Source: Nitrospiria bacterium
GTDB taxonomy: Bacteria; Nitrospirota; Nitrospiria; SBBL01; JAADHI01
DNA length: 64,000 nucleotides
Assembly (NCBI GenBank): GCA_945787655.1
Contig: CALZIJ010000003.1
Span: forward strand, 4,602 to 68,601
Direction of reading: 5' to 3'
Positions 30,043 to 39,427 of this stretch are shown here, in pieces (positions within the stretch are counted from its first letter, which is position 1; each line of letters opens with the position of its first letter). The notes under the pieces were generated by a model, which searched no databases, was not told where the DNA came from, and worked only from the letters and a program-made list of their open reading frames with translations. The translations under genes were made by a program, and so were the position numbers.

Positions 30043-31920
30043 CTAGCTGTCGGATGTTTGCGTCCAGCCGAGTTCCTTTAGCATTAGTAATGCCGCTTCT
30101 TTTTCCGGAATATAGATTGCGACGGCTGCGACATCTCCTGTTTTGGCCTTAAACCCCAGAGACATGGGGAACATCCGCTCACCCCGTTGAATGGTCAATA
30201 TCACAAAGCGCTCTCCGCTTTTGGGATAAGTTTCATTGATTTCATTTGTTTTTGTCTCATCATCCAATGGTGCTGTTTTTCCCGGAGAAAAGGTCAGATA
30301 AACGATTTCAAGGTCTTTATGGCGGAAGCGGACATCCCACCGGTCTGTATCATGAGGTCCTTCAAAGAGAATTTCTTCGCCTTTTTTTCTCAAAAATTCC
30401 GGGGTCAGTTCGGCTTCCAGTTCATCCACGGCAATATATCCGGAGGGCACATTAAAAAGCGTCCGGGTTTGGACCACAAAGGTGCTGTTGAGATGGTTGT
30501 TATAAGTGGCCCCAATGACGGTACCGACGAGTTCAATACGCGCGCGAAGCAGGGTTCGTTCTTCGAGTGCATTTCCAAAAACCACCAGAAAACCGGCTTC
30601 TTCAGCCTGACGGCAGAGTTTAGGGTCGGAATCCAGAAAAACTACTGTCCTGCCTTTCTTCCGAAATTCTTCTCCCAATAACAGACCCAGTCCTCTCGCT
30701 CCCAATATTGCAATCCGGTCCCGGCCGGGCAGTCTCAATTTTAGGATTGAGGCCAATGGTCCTGCAGTTAAACCGGTAAGCAGCACTGTGGACGCAATGG
30801 TGAGAAATACAAGTGCTTTTAAATCGTCTCCTCCAGACATACCGGTGTTGTCCATGGTGGTACTGGTAAGAGAAGCGATGGCTGCGGCAATAATCCCTCT
30901 TGGGGCAATCCAGCTGATAAAGGCTTTTTCCCGAAAACTCAGGTCGGATTTCCGGGTGGACACCCAAATATTCAATGGACGGACAATAAAAATTAAAGTG
31001 GCAATCACTCCCGCACCGGCCCATCCGAGATTCCGAATGTCATCCAGACTGACATCGGCCGCCAGTAAAATGAAGAGCAGTCCAATCAGCAGAACGGTTA
31101 ACTGGTCCTTAAATTCTCTCAAGTCCCTGGCAACCGGTGTTTTGGTGTTCCCGACGACAATGCCCGCAACAGTGACCCCAAGAATACCGCTTTGGGAAAC
31201 GATATGGTTGCAGCCTTCAAAAAGCAGGACGACAAAAGCCAAGGTGAAAATATTTTCATGTCCTTTGGGAACAACAGATTGAAACCGCAAAAGCCAGGAT
31301 ATCAAAAGCCCTCCCAGTACACCCGCGACCAGCCCGCCAACAAGCCAAAGTGCAATCGTGACCAAACCGCTGGCAAGCGTCAGGACATTGGGTGTAATGA
31401 CAATCTCCAGGACAATGACGGCCAGAATAGCCCCGATGGGATCAATTAAAACTCCTTCCGCTTCAAGAATTGTTTTTGTTTTTGTTTGGAGGCGCAGACT
31501 TCGAACCAGCGGGGTGACCACTGTTGGTCCGGTGACGACGACCAGACTTCCAAAGAGCAGAGCGAGATTAAAAGGCCAGTTTAAAAAAATGAGGACAGAG
31601 AAAAAACCACCAAGTAATGTAATGAGAGAGCCGACGGTTATGAGCTTACGTATCGAGAGTTCTTCGCGGCGCAGTCGTGAGATTTCAAGTCCCAGACCGC
31701 CTTCAAAAAGGATGACGGCGACGGCAAAATCCACAATCACAAAAAGCCCTTGCCCCAGTGCTTCCGGAATGACCCAGCCCAGTCCTTCCTGGCCAAGGAT
31801 GGTTCCTGCTGCCAAAAGAACGACAATTCCGGGAATACGGAGATGGCGGGCGATGCTTTGTGCAAATACTCCTGCAGCCAGGGCGACTGCAAAGATAAAA
31901 CTGGTGTGGGATATTTCCAT
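30043..31920 (-). CDS. CPA1-type (NhaP-like) cation:proton antiporter with C-terminal RCK/TrkA domains
   Basis: About 12 TM segments, then RIAILGARGLGLLLGEEF (GxGxxG Rossmann, TrkA-N) and a TrkA-C-like tail. Confidence 0.8.
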   Translation of the reverse strand: MEISHTSFIFAVALAAGVFAQSIARHLRIPGIVVLLAAGTILGQEGLGWVIPEALGQGLFVIVDFAVAVILFEGGLGLEISRLRREELSIRKLITVGSLITLLGGFFSVLIFLNWPFNLALLFGSLVVVTGPTVVTPLVRSLRLQTKTKTILEAEGVLIDPIGAILAVIVLEIVITPNVLTLASGLVTIALWLVGGLVAGVLGGLLISWLLRFQSVVPKGHENIFTLAFVVLLFEGCNHIVSQSGILGVTVAGIVVGNTKTPVARDLREFKDQLTVLLIGLLFILLAADVSLDDIRNLGWAGAGVIATLIFIVRPLNIWVSTRKSDLSFREKAFISWIAPRGIIAAAIASLTSTTMDNTGMSGGDDLKALVFLTIASTVLLTGLTAGPLASILKLRLPGRDRIAILGARGLGLLLGEEFRKKGRTVVFLDSDPKLCRQAEEAGFLVVFGNALEERTLLRARIELVGTVIGATYNNHLNSTFVVQTRTLFNVPSGYIAVDELEAELTPEFLRKKGEEILFEGPHDTDRWDVRFRHKDLEIVYLTFSPGKTAPLDDETKTNEINETYPKSGERFVILTIQRGERMFPMSLGFKAKTGDVAAVAIYIPEKEAALLMLKELGWTQTSDS

Positions 31921-32191
31921 ATAGCCCTTTATCCAGTGTTAAGTCGGCTCAAGTCAAGGCTCATTATGAGAATGATGCATACAAAGTATGCCTTTGGATT
32001 GTGAATAGTTCAAGGTATTCTTTGAAAGTATTTTAAAGCAAAGCGTTCATGTCTCTTCGTTAATGCGTGAATTTTTGTTGAAATTGAAGCCGGATTATTT
32101 TAGAATTACTTGATTAAATTCAAATAATAAAACTAATTTACATGAAATGTCCCGGTTATACCTCGATTTACAGTTTTGGAGGGTGTTTATC

Positions 32192-34594
32192 ATGCGCATC
32201 TTGAAAATGCTTTTCTGCTTCGTAATATTCTTTTTTCACTTGATCTCCTGCAGTAACAACAGCCCTTCCAACAATCTTGCGGGGAATCCGACCCCTGATT
32301 TAGTCGTCACGGATATTGAGGTCAGCCAAGGCACTCAAAACCTGAATAATGACATGCCGCTGGTGGCCAATCGATGGACTCTGGTCCGCGTGCTCGTGAA
32401 GGATAAGAATGAGGCGGGTGCAGAAAACGTGACGGCTCGGTTGACCGGGTTCAGGCTTTGTGCCGGCCCGGGGCCAGGTTGTATTGATCAAAACCCAGTG
32501 CCCTTACCGGTTTTGACCCCCTGGAACGCGGGTGGCGGACTCATTGACATTTCGAAAGATGGCGGCAGCCGGGTTAATCTTAACGACGGTTTTTGGTTTT
32601 TCCTGCCAAAATCATGGCGGCAATGGCCTGGCACCATTCAAATGAATGCAGAGGTTAATTTTGACGGGTCGGCACCGGAAACCCTGAGCAATAATAATAG
32701 TGAGTCTGTCGTGGTTCAATTTAATGCAGCCGACATGCTTCGGGTTCGTGCTGTGCCTCTGCACTTGCATCAGGACTGGCATAAAGATAAGCCAGAAGTG
32801 CTTTACGAATGCAGTGAACCTGATTTTTGGGACATTTTTTTAAATATGTTTCGATATCACCCGATTGACCGGATGCTGGTCAGCTGTCCCGCGGAACCTT
32901 TGGCCCCTTTTCCACATGACGTGGTGCCCAAGGAAATCGCCCCTTTTGAATGGGATATGAGCGATAAAGAGATTTGTGGAAATGCCAATACCCGGCTCAA
33001 ATGGCTGAAAACTCAGGAAAATCTTCCAGGCCGATGGCAATATGCGGGACTAATTCACCCTTCTTTAGGCGGACTTTGCAATGGATGGAGCGGCGCGGCA
33101 AACGGTGACGCTATCTGGCTTCGCATGCGAAGTGCGACGGGCAGTGAACCCTGGATAATCAATGGTGGTGTGACTCTCGCGCATGAGCTGGGGCACAGTC
33201 ATTTACCGAACCCCGATCATATTCTTTGTAAAGGCAATGAAGGACCGCCCAATGGATCGGCAGATACAAATTACCCTTATCTGTTTCCCAATTGCCGTTT
33301 TAGTGCGGCGAATGCCAAGGGCTATTACGGGTTAGATGTTTATTATGCCCTTTGGCCCGGAACTGCTACAGGACCCGCCGTGTTGCCGAACGGCGACCCG
33401 AATGCGATTGTATCAGACCCGTCGCTTTTTCCCTTAATGGGATACCTCAGTCCACGATGGACCGACCCCTATACGTATTGCCAGTTGTTGAACAGCTATG
33501 TTCTGTCCGAATCCTTTTTTTGCAATCGGGATGAAATTGATCCGAATCCTGAAGACATCTTTGTGAGCAATAAAATGCGTGCCGCTGTTGTTCCCGTGGC
33601 GTCAGCGCTGACGAGTGCGCCTGAGCAGGTTTTGGTTTCCGGCCGTATCGATTTCGATGCCCCTTCTAAAATGGCTATTCACCAGGTGTCTCGTCGAGCC
33701 TCCGATGAGGTATTTCCTCATGTTTTGGAGGATGCCCTTGACGGTCTGAGTGCGTTGTCCTCGCTTGAAACGACGCCTCGTTTTCATTTGGAAGTGCGTG
33801 CACCGGATGGCACAGTGCTTTATTCCCTTCCATTGAATATTGAAGAGAACCATCATGAAGTGCCCGTTAAATCTGAGGGATTTGTCGAGCTGCTGGCTTT
33901 TCCCGGAGGCGCGACGACTGTGGCGCTTGTGGATACGAAAGAAGGTGTGGAAACCGTAAAAACCGCTACCGGGAAAACCCCCTCGGTTGTTTTTAATGAA
34001 CCGATTTCCGGAACCTCTTTAAAAAAAGGGACCGTCATTTCGTGGACGGGCCGGGACGATGACAGTGATTTTGTCAGCGTGACTCTCCGCTACAGCCCGG
34101 ATGGCGGTACCCACTGGCACGTGATCGCACTCGACCAGGGAATGGATGTCGTTTCTGGTGTCACCAACGGACGATATGTACTGCCTGAGATTCCTGATCT
34201 TCCCGGGAGCACAGCAGGTTTACTGGAGCTGGTCATCAATGACGGGTTTAATACTGCAATTACCCGGATGTCAGGTACTGTGGTTGTGCCCGGTCATCCC
34301 CCCCGGATTGTCATTCATGGGGGAGATCAAGCCCGGATGTTAAACCCTGGCACACCGCTTCTTTTATCAGCCTCCATATTTGATGTGGAAGATGGACCAA
34401 TTTCCTCATCGGCGACCCTAAGCTGGTCACTGGACGATAATAGTGCCCTTTTAGGACAAGGCGAGGAATTGGTGCTGCGAGCTGAATCATTGATTCCGGG
34501 GACGCATAGACTGAAAGTGATGGCGGTTGACAGTGATGGGATGACAACAAGTAAAGAAATCACGCTGATCGTCGAGGAGCTGCTGAACTCTTAA
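32192..34594 (+). CDS. Secreted lipoprotein with HExxH zincin motif, CARDB-like N-terminal domain and C-terminal Ig-like domains
   Basis: GGAGG lies 8 nt upstream of the ATG at 32192. Lipobox LISC, PDLVVTDIEVSQG (CARDB-like), VTLAHELGHSHLPNPDH (HExxH), and two beta-sandwich-like C-terminal segments. Confidence 0.65.
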   Translation: MRILKMLFCFVIFFFHLISCSNNSPSNNLAGNPTPDLVVTDIEVSQGTQNLNNDMPLVANRWTLVRVLVKDKNEAGAENVTARLTGFRLCAGPGPGCIDQNPVPLPVLTPWNAGGGLIDISKDGGSRVNLNDGFWFFLPKSWRQWPGTIQMNAEVNFDGSAPETLSNNNSESVVVQFNAADMLRVRAVPLHLHQDWHKDKPEVLYECSEPDFWDIFLNMFRYHPIDRMLVSCPAEPLAPFPHDVVPKEIAPFEWDMSDKEICGNANTRLKWLKTQENLPGRWQYAGLIHPSLGGLCNGWSGAANGDAIWLRMRSATGSEPWIINGGVTLAHELGHSHLPNPDHILCKGNEGPPNGSADTNYPYLFPNCRFSAANAKGYYGLDVYYALWPGTATGPAVLPNGDPNAIVSDPSLFPLMGYLSPRWTDPYTYCQLLNSYVLSESFFCNRDEIDPNPEDIFVSNKMRAAVVPVASALTSAPEQVLVSGRIDFDAPSKMAIHQVSRRASDEVFPHVLEDALDGLSALSSLETTPRFHLEVRAPDGTVLYSLPLNIEENHHEVPVKSEGFVELLAFPGGATTVALVDTKEGVETVKTATGKTPSVVFNEPISGTSLKKGTVISWTGRDDDSDFVSVTLRYSPDGGTHWHVIALDQGMDVVSGVTNGRYVLPEIPDLPGSTAGLLELVINDGFNTAITRMSGTVVVPGHPPRIVIHGGDQARMLNPGTPLLLSASIFDVEDGPISSSATLSWSLDDNSALLGQGEELVLRAESLIPGTHRLKVMAVDSDGMTTSKEITLIVEELLNS

Positions 34595-34663
34595 CTCAAG
34601 GTTCGGTCAACCCTTTCAGAAAAAAATAACAAATTTTTTTGCCGGGCTTTTTCTGTTTTTCGA

Positions 34664-34692
34664 ATTCTTTTTCCGAAATTCGGAAAAAGAAT
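34664..34692. repeat. Perfect 29-nt palindrome ATTCTTTTTCCGAAATTCGGAAAAAGAAT
   Basis: 14-bp arms around a single central nucleotide. It lies 70 nt after the HExxH gene stop and ~155 nt upstream of the sigma-54 promoter, and is followed by ATGTTTTT. Confidence 0.6.
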
Positions 34693-34830
34693 ATGTTTTT
34701 AATTCCACTGATTCCCTTACAGTATGGGTAGCGTCTTAGTTAAGGTGTGTTGTTTTTGTATTAAATTATGATTTTTTGAAAAAATAAGTTAATAAAAGGA
34801 ATATCTCTTAGGTATATCCGATTTTCATGT

Positions 34831-34847
34831 CTGGCACGGATTGTGCT
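34831..34847 (+). promoter_or_regulatory. Sigma-54 (-24/-12) promoter
   Basis: CTGGCACGGATTGTGCT versus consensus YTGGCACGrNNNTTGCW. GG (34833-34) and GC (34845-46) have the exact 12-nt register and there is one mismatch (TTGC to GTGC). It sits 43 nt upstream of the ATG at 34889. Confidence 0.6.
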
Positions 34848-34888
34848 TCTATCCAGTTCTATCTCATTTAAATGGAGGATAGGGGGAT

Positions 34889-36232
34889 ATGGGATATTCG
34901 TCGGACAAGTCAGATTATTATCACGAACGGTATTTTAGATACGGTGTTTATTGTTTGATTCAACTGGTGGTTCTTTTTGTCTGGATTACCCAGGGTAATT
35001 TATTTTACTTTGATTTGGCCAATCTGTTATGGGCTCCGATGCTTTTAAGGGTATTCATGCAGGATGAAAAAAGGATGCCCATTTTTTCTTTTGCTTCATT
35101 TAAACAACACGGATTTAATATCCTATTCACCACTGCGATTTTTTGTGCGACCTTGATTGGGACCTTGTCTGTCTACTCATATTTCTTTGAACCAGCCCCG
35201 GAAAACTGGATGCGCTATGCGATCTCACCTTTTATTGTCTTTGGTCTTCATATGGGATACCAGTCCATTATTAAATCAGAACATTCCGGGATACCCGTGC
35301 TGATCATTGGTGCTGGAGCTGAAATTTCGGCTTTTAAGCAAGCCGTTTATCAATATCGCGCACCAGGGTATCACATCCATTATTTTGAACCGACACCTAC
35401 TGAAAATGGAGAAAATGACGAGGCCCTGCAACAGGCGGTTTATTTAAATAAAGTTAGAAAAATCGTCATAGCTTCGGGATATCTCAAGGATAAATCGACC
35501 CAAAATCCATTACTTCAATTTCGAGTACAGGGCATAGAAGTAATGGGTATTACCCGTTTTTACGAGCAGGTATTTGGAAAAATATGGGTGGAGTCCATTC
35601 AACAAAATGATCTGATTTTTGGGGGTGGATTCAGACGGGAGACGCTTATTGCGATGATAAAACGTTTTATTGATCTTTCAGCCGCGTGTTTGGGTTTGCT
35701 TTTATCGGCCCCGATATTCTTGATTTTACCTGTTTTGATCAAATTGGATTCAAAAGGCCCTGTTTTTTATCAACAGGAGCGTATTGGAGAAAAGGGCTGG
35801 CCCTTTAAAATTCTAAAATTTCGTTCCATGCATCAGGATGCCGAATCTAAAACCGGAGCCGTATGGGCCACTGAAGATGACCCTCGTGTCACCAGAGTCG
35901 GAAAAGTAATGAGAAAAACCCGGTTGGATGAACTTCCTCAACTGATCAATATTTTGAGAGGGGAAATGAGTTTTGTCGGACCGCGTCCTGAACGTCAGGT
36001 TTTCATTACAAGTCTGGAAAAAAAAGTCCCTTATTATGCCTTGCGGCATGCGGTCAAACCAGGGTTAACAGGCTGGGCACAAGTCCGTTATCGTTATGGT
36101 TCTTCTGTAGAAGATGCCCTCGAAAAACATCATTATGATCTTTATTATGTCAAACACCTTTCTCCATTATTTGATCTTTCAATTATTTTTTCGACAATTC
36201 GTGTTGTTTGTATTGGAAAAGGGGCAAGGTGA
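34889..36232 (+). CDS. Polyprenyl-phosphate sugar phosphotransferase (WbaP/EpsB-type priming glycosyltransferase)
   Basis: N-terminal TM block, central Rossmann-like region, and a C-terminal bacterial sugar transferase domain (KRFIDLSAA..., FKILKFRSM, DELPQLINILRGEMSFVGPRP, KPGLTGWAQV). Confidence 0.85.
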   Translation: MGYSSDKSDYYHERYFRYGVYCLIQLVVLFVWITQGNLFYFDLANLLWAPMLLRVFMQDEKRMPIFSFASFKQHGFNILFTTAIFCATLIGTLSVYSYFFEPAPENWMRYAISPFIVFGLHMGYQSIIKSEHSGIPVLIIGAGAEISAFKQAVYQYRAPGYHIHYFEPTPTENGENDEALQQAVYLNKVRKIVIASGYLKDKSTQNPLLQFRVQGIEVMGITRFYEQVFGKIWVESIQQNDLIFGGGFRRETLIAMIKRFIDLSAACLGLLLSAPIFLILPVLIKLDSKGPVFYQQERIGEKGWPFKILKFRSMHQDAESKTGAVWATEDDPRVTRVGKVMRKTRLDELPQLINILRGEMSFVGPRPERQVFITSLEKKVPYYALRHAVKPGLTGWAQVRYRYGSSVEDALEKHHYDLYYVKHLSPLFDLSIIFSTIRVVCIGKGAR

Positions 36233-36349
36233 GTTTCTCAAGCCGGTCTTAAGTCGGGCGGCTGAGTTTTTCAGTAAAATCTCCCAATACAGGTTTCTCT
36301 CCCTTGCCTTTCCTTCAACCGCAGATTATACTTTATTTAGGTAATCTGC

Positions 36350-37078
36350 GTGTCTTTCTGTTTTTTTCTGATGCTGAGTGTAGTTGCTTTGAATCTATCA
36401 TTCATTGAACATACTGATATTTTAATACGCTTGTTGAGCGCTTCCTTGTTCGGAGGTCTTATTGGTTTGGAGCGGGATATCCATGGCAGAGATGCCGGAT
36501 TGCGCACACATTTGCTTGTGAGTCTGGGGTCTGCGGTGTTTATGACACTTTCAGAAGTGGTTGCTTCAACACCGGGGGGTGATTCCTTAATGGTCGACCC
36601 AAGCCGTATCGCGGCACAAATTGTAACCGGCATCGGTTTTTTAGGGGCAGGCGTGATTATCAAGGCGGGGGTCAATGTCCGTGGACTGACGACGGCGGCG
36701 TCTTTATGGACTGTTGCCGCTATTGGTATGGCGGCAGGCGGTGGTTTTTATATCATTTCAATGATGACCACGATCATCGCCTTATCAGGATTAATCCTTT
36801 TAAAATTGTTTGAGCAAACTTATATGAAAGATGCTTACAGGAGTTTAAGTGTTTCAACCCCTTTAGGTGTTGAAACAGAAGAGATCAGGACGATCGTGGA
36901 ACAGGAAAATTTGAGTATTTTAAGTTGCAATATTGAAAAAGATTACGAAAGCGAAACAATGGTGACCAAATTGGCTTTCCGATTTCGACACAAGGGCAAT
37001 ATCGATTTATTGGCCGAAAATGTTCTCCATTCCCTGGAATCATCGCCTTTAAAGTTAAAAAAAATTAAATGGCACTGA
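36350..37078 (+). CDS. mgtC: MgtC/SapB family membrane protein
   Basis: LIRLLSASLFGGLIGLERDIHGRDAGLRTHLLVSLGSAVF and IVTGIGFLGAGVII signatures, plus a C-terminal ACT-like domain. GTG at 36350 or ATG at 36371. Confidence 0.8.
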   Translation: MSFCFFLMLSVVALNLSFIEHTDILIRLLSASLFGGLIGLERDIHGRDAGLRTHLLVSLGSAVFMTLSEVVASTPGGDSLMVDPSRIAAQIVTGIGFLGAGVIIKAGVNVRGLTTAASLWTVAAIGMAAGGGFYIISMMTTIIALSGLILLKLFEQTYMKDAYRSLSVSTPLGVETEEIRTIVEQENLSILSCNIEKDYESETMVTKLAFRFRHKGNIDLLAENVLHSLESSPLKLKKIKWH

Positions 37079-37302
37079 TCTTATTTTTTTATTAAAATTT
37101 TTGTTGAAAGTCCACTCAAAGCCAGTTCTCCCGTTTTTATCTGGATACGTATTGAATATCCTGTCCACACGGTTGTTTTTTTTTGAAGGTCTGCCGGGGT
37201 TTTCCCCCTTCCCTGCGCGCTGGTTTTCTTGACCATGCACAGTCCCTGCGATACACTTTTTATAAATTTTTCATATTTATTATTTTGTAAAAGGAGATTA
37301 AA

Positions 37303-38367
37303 TTGAAGGCCAAAAAGGTGAACAAAGCAGTCGCCGGTATTGAAAAGGTGGAACTCCATCAACATGTGGATGGCTCCATCCCGATTGACATCACTTGGAA
37401 ACTGATGAAAAAACATGGCCTGAATCCTGTGGAAACAAAAAAGGAGATGGAGAAATTACTGGTTTTGCAAGACGGGGAGGAAGGCGCCTTGCTCCGCTAT
37501 CTGGATAAATTTCACTATCCCCAATGGATTACCCAGTTTTATGACAATATTGCCTCCGTCATAGAATCAATCGTCACTGAAGCCTATCATAACAATGTCC
37601 GTCTTTTAGAACTGCGGTATGCCCCGATCATCCATACATTTGCCGGCTTAACCCTCCGGCAGGCCATTAGTTCGGTCTTAAGCGGTTTGAATAAGTCCAT
37701 GAAGCGCTTTCCCGACATGGAACTGGGCTTGATCGTCATTGCAATGCGGCACCAAGGGCCTCATATTGCTAAAATACTGGCGCGGCAAGCGATTTCTGAA
37801 GCACAATCCCTGCATGGGCGCTGTGGCGTGATCGGCTTTGACCTTGCCGGAGCGGAGCGTGGGAACCCCGCCCGTCTTTTTGGAGAATCTTATGGTATTG
37901 CCCGGTCCGGCGGTTTGCAACTGACCATTCATGCCGGAGAGGATGAAGATTCAAGAGCAATTTGGGAATCAATCGACATTTTAGGCGCGACGCGAATTGG
38001 TCATGGATGTTCCGCCATAGAAGACAAAGTGCTTTTAAAACGCCTCGCCAGGGATCAAATTATGGTTGAATGCTGTTATACCTCTAACTATCAGACCGGC
38101 GCCGTTGAATTGGGTGAGCCACACCCGATTCTGACTTTTCTCGAATATGGTGTGCCTGTTTCAATCTGTACAGACAACACGACGGTTTCCAATACGAATC
38201 AAAATGTAGAAAACAGTAAATTACTCCAATGGCTGAGTCTGTCGGAAATTACCAGGATCCATCAGGCTTCAAAAAAACATTCCTTTATTCACAAAAACGG
38301 GAAACCCCGATTCAGAAGAGAGAAGGGGTTGAATAAAGGACCAAAAAAGCAACTGGGGTTTGCGTAA
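37303..38367 (+). CDS. add: Adenosine deaminase
   Basis: VELHQHVDGS, IGFDLAGAE, TIHAGE, GATRIGHG and SICTDN metal and catalytic motifs. TTG start with AAGGAG 7 nt upstream. Confidence 0.85.
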   Translation: MKAKKVNKAVAGIEKVELHQHVDGSIPIDITWKLMKKHGLNPVETKKEMEKLLVLQDGEEGALLRYLDKFHYPQWITQFYDNIASVIESIVTEAYHNNVRLLELRYAPIIHTFAGLTLRQAISSVLSGLNKSMKRFPDMELGLIVIAMRHQGPHIAKILARQAISEAQSLHGRCGVIGFDLAGAERGNPARLFGESYGIARSGGLQLTIHAGEDEDSRAIWESIDILGATRIGHGCSAIEDKVLLKRLARDQIMVECCYTSNYQTGAVELGEPHPILTFLEYGVPVSICTDNTTVSNTNQNVENSKLLQWLSLSEITRIHQASKKHSFIHKNGKPRFRREKGLNKGPKKQLGFA

Positions 38368-38427
38368 ACGCACATATTATGGAAAGAACGGCTTTACTGG
38401 AATGACATAAAGTTAAACGATAAAAAA

Positions 38428-38796
38428 TCAGGCCGGGATAAAAAAGAGATTATTTTCAGACATTTGCAAACATAAACCTTCCGAAACTTTTTTGCTGTTC
38501 TCATCAAATTCAAGGCCAAAGCCTATTTTCCCATGTTCCTTGCTCATGCCGCGCCATCGGACTTTCCCGGATAGAAAGCATTCGGTGCCGTGCACTCGTA
38601 AAACCACCCAAACAGGGTCATTCACTCGAATATCTTCAGGCATTGTTCCGATAGGTGCTAAAAAAACGCCTTCAGGAGAGATGTCTCTTATTTTCCCCTG
38701 TTGGTTTTCCGAGCTTCGGTGGTCCCATCGGACTGAATGAAGGGTTCTGTATCGTTTATGTTTCCTTAGGTTTTGGGGATCGTTAAGCGTGCCCAT
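38428..38796 (-). CDS. PilZ domain protein
   Basis: RKHKR (RxxxR) and DISPEGVF (D/NxSxxG) c-di-GMP-binding motifs at the expected spacing. Confidence 0.7.
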   Translation of the reverse strand: MGTLNDPQNLRKHKRYRTLHSVRWDHRSSENQQGKIRDISPEGVFLAPIGTMPEDIRVNDPVWVVLRVHGTECFLSGKVRWRGMSKEHGKIGFGLEFDENSKKVSEGLCLQMSENNLFFIPA

Positions 38797-39093
38797 ACCA
38801 GATTCCTTCCAATTTCCATAAGATCACTTTTTAAAAAGCTATCTTGGATCTATATCCTTGTCAAGGTAACACCTGGTATCGAAAGATAAAGAACCCGGTT
38901 GGTTTTCTAAAATCTTATTTTAGCGTTCTTGACTCTTTTAAAAAGTGGATTATTAAAAATAAAAGAACACAGGGTAAACCCGTTTCAAAGCGAGAAATAA
39001 GGCGTTTCCGGTAGGGGCGGCGCTTCAGCCGTTTGGGCGATCCCTTCTCCAACCGGGTTTCTTGCTCAACAAAAGAGTAATGTTTCTGATGCC

Positions 39094-39240
39094 ATGATTG
39101 AAGTGAGGTCCAAAGATGGAGAGATTTATCTCTATGGTTTTTCACCGGAAGAAGATCAAGTGAAAAATCTGGAAAAAATGGTCAGGGGTGTTTCTGAAAC
39201 AAATCCCCTGCATAATAAGATCATCATCCAAAGAGGATAA
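39094..39240 (+). pseudogene. 48-codon BON-domain-like remnant
   Basis: MIEVRSKDGEIYLYGFSPEEDQVKNLEKMVRGVSETNPLHNKIIIQRG resembles the C-terminal two-thirds of a BON domain. The frame is closed at 38998-39000, there is no SD, and no start lies further upstream. Confidence 0.3.
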
Positions 39241-39427
39241 CAAACCCTTTATTCCCAGGATAAAAGGCAGATTATTGGGCGGTCGAGTCATCCCTGAAAA
39301 TGGCTTGACCGCCCTTTGTTTTTTAACGGGGAAACCGGGTTATTTGCCGATATAAAACGGGGGGGTATACTTGATGAAGGCATTTAGTCATTACCGTTGA
39401 AATGCGTTTATCTCAACAGGATTTATT

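Noticed and set aside
30187-31924. Three 160-190-aa plus-strand ORFs antisense to the NhaP-RCK antiporter gene
   Set aside because: The antisense frames of a long membrane-protein gene give Arg/Pro/Ser-rich junk. The minus-strand product has clear antiporter and TrkA motifs.
38915-39145. 76-aa minus-strand ORF
   Set aside because: It is antisense to the BON-like fragment, its product is basic low-complexity, and it has no start context.
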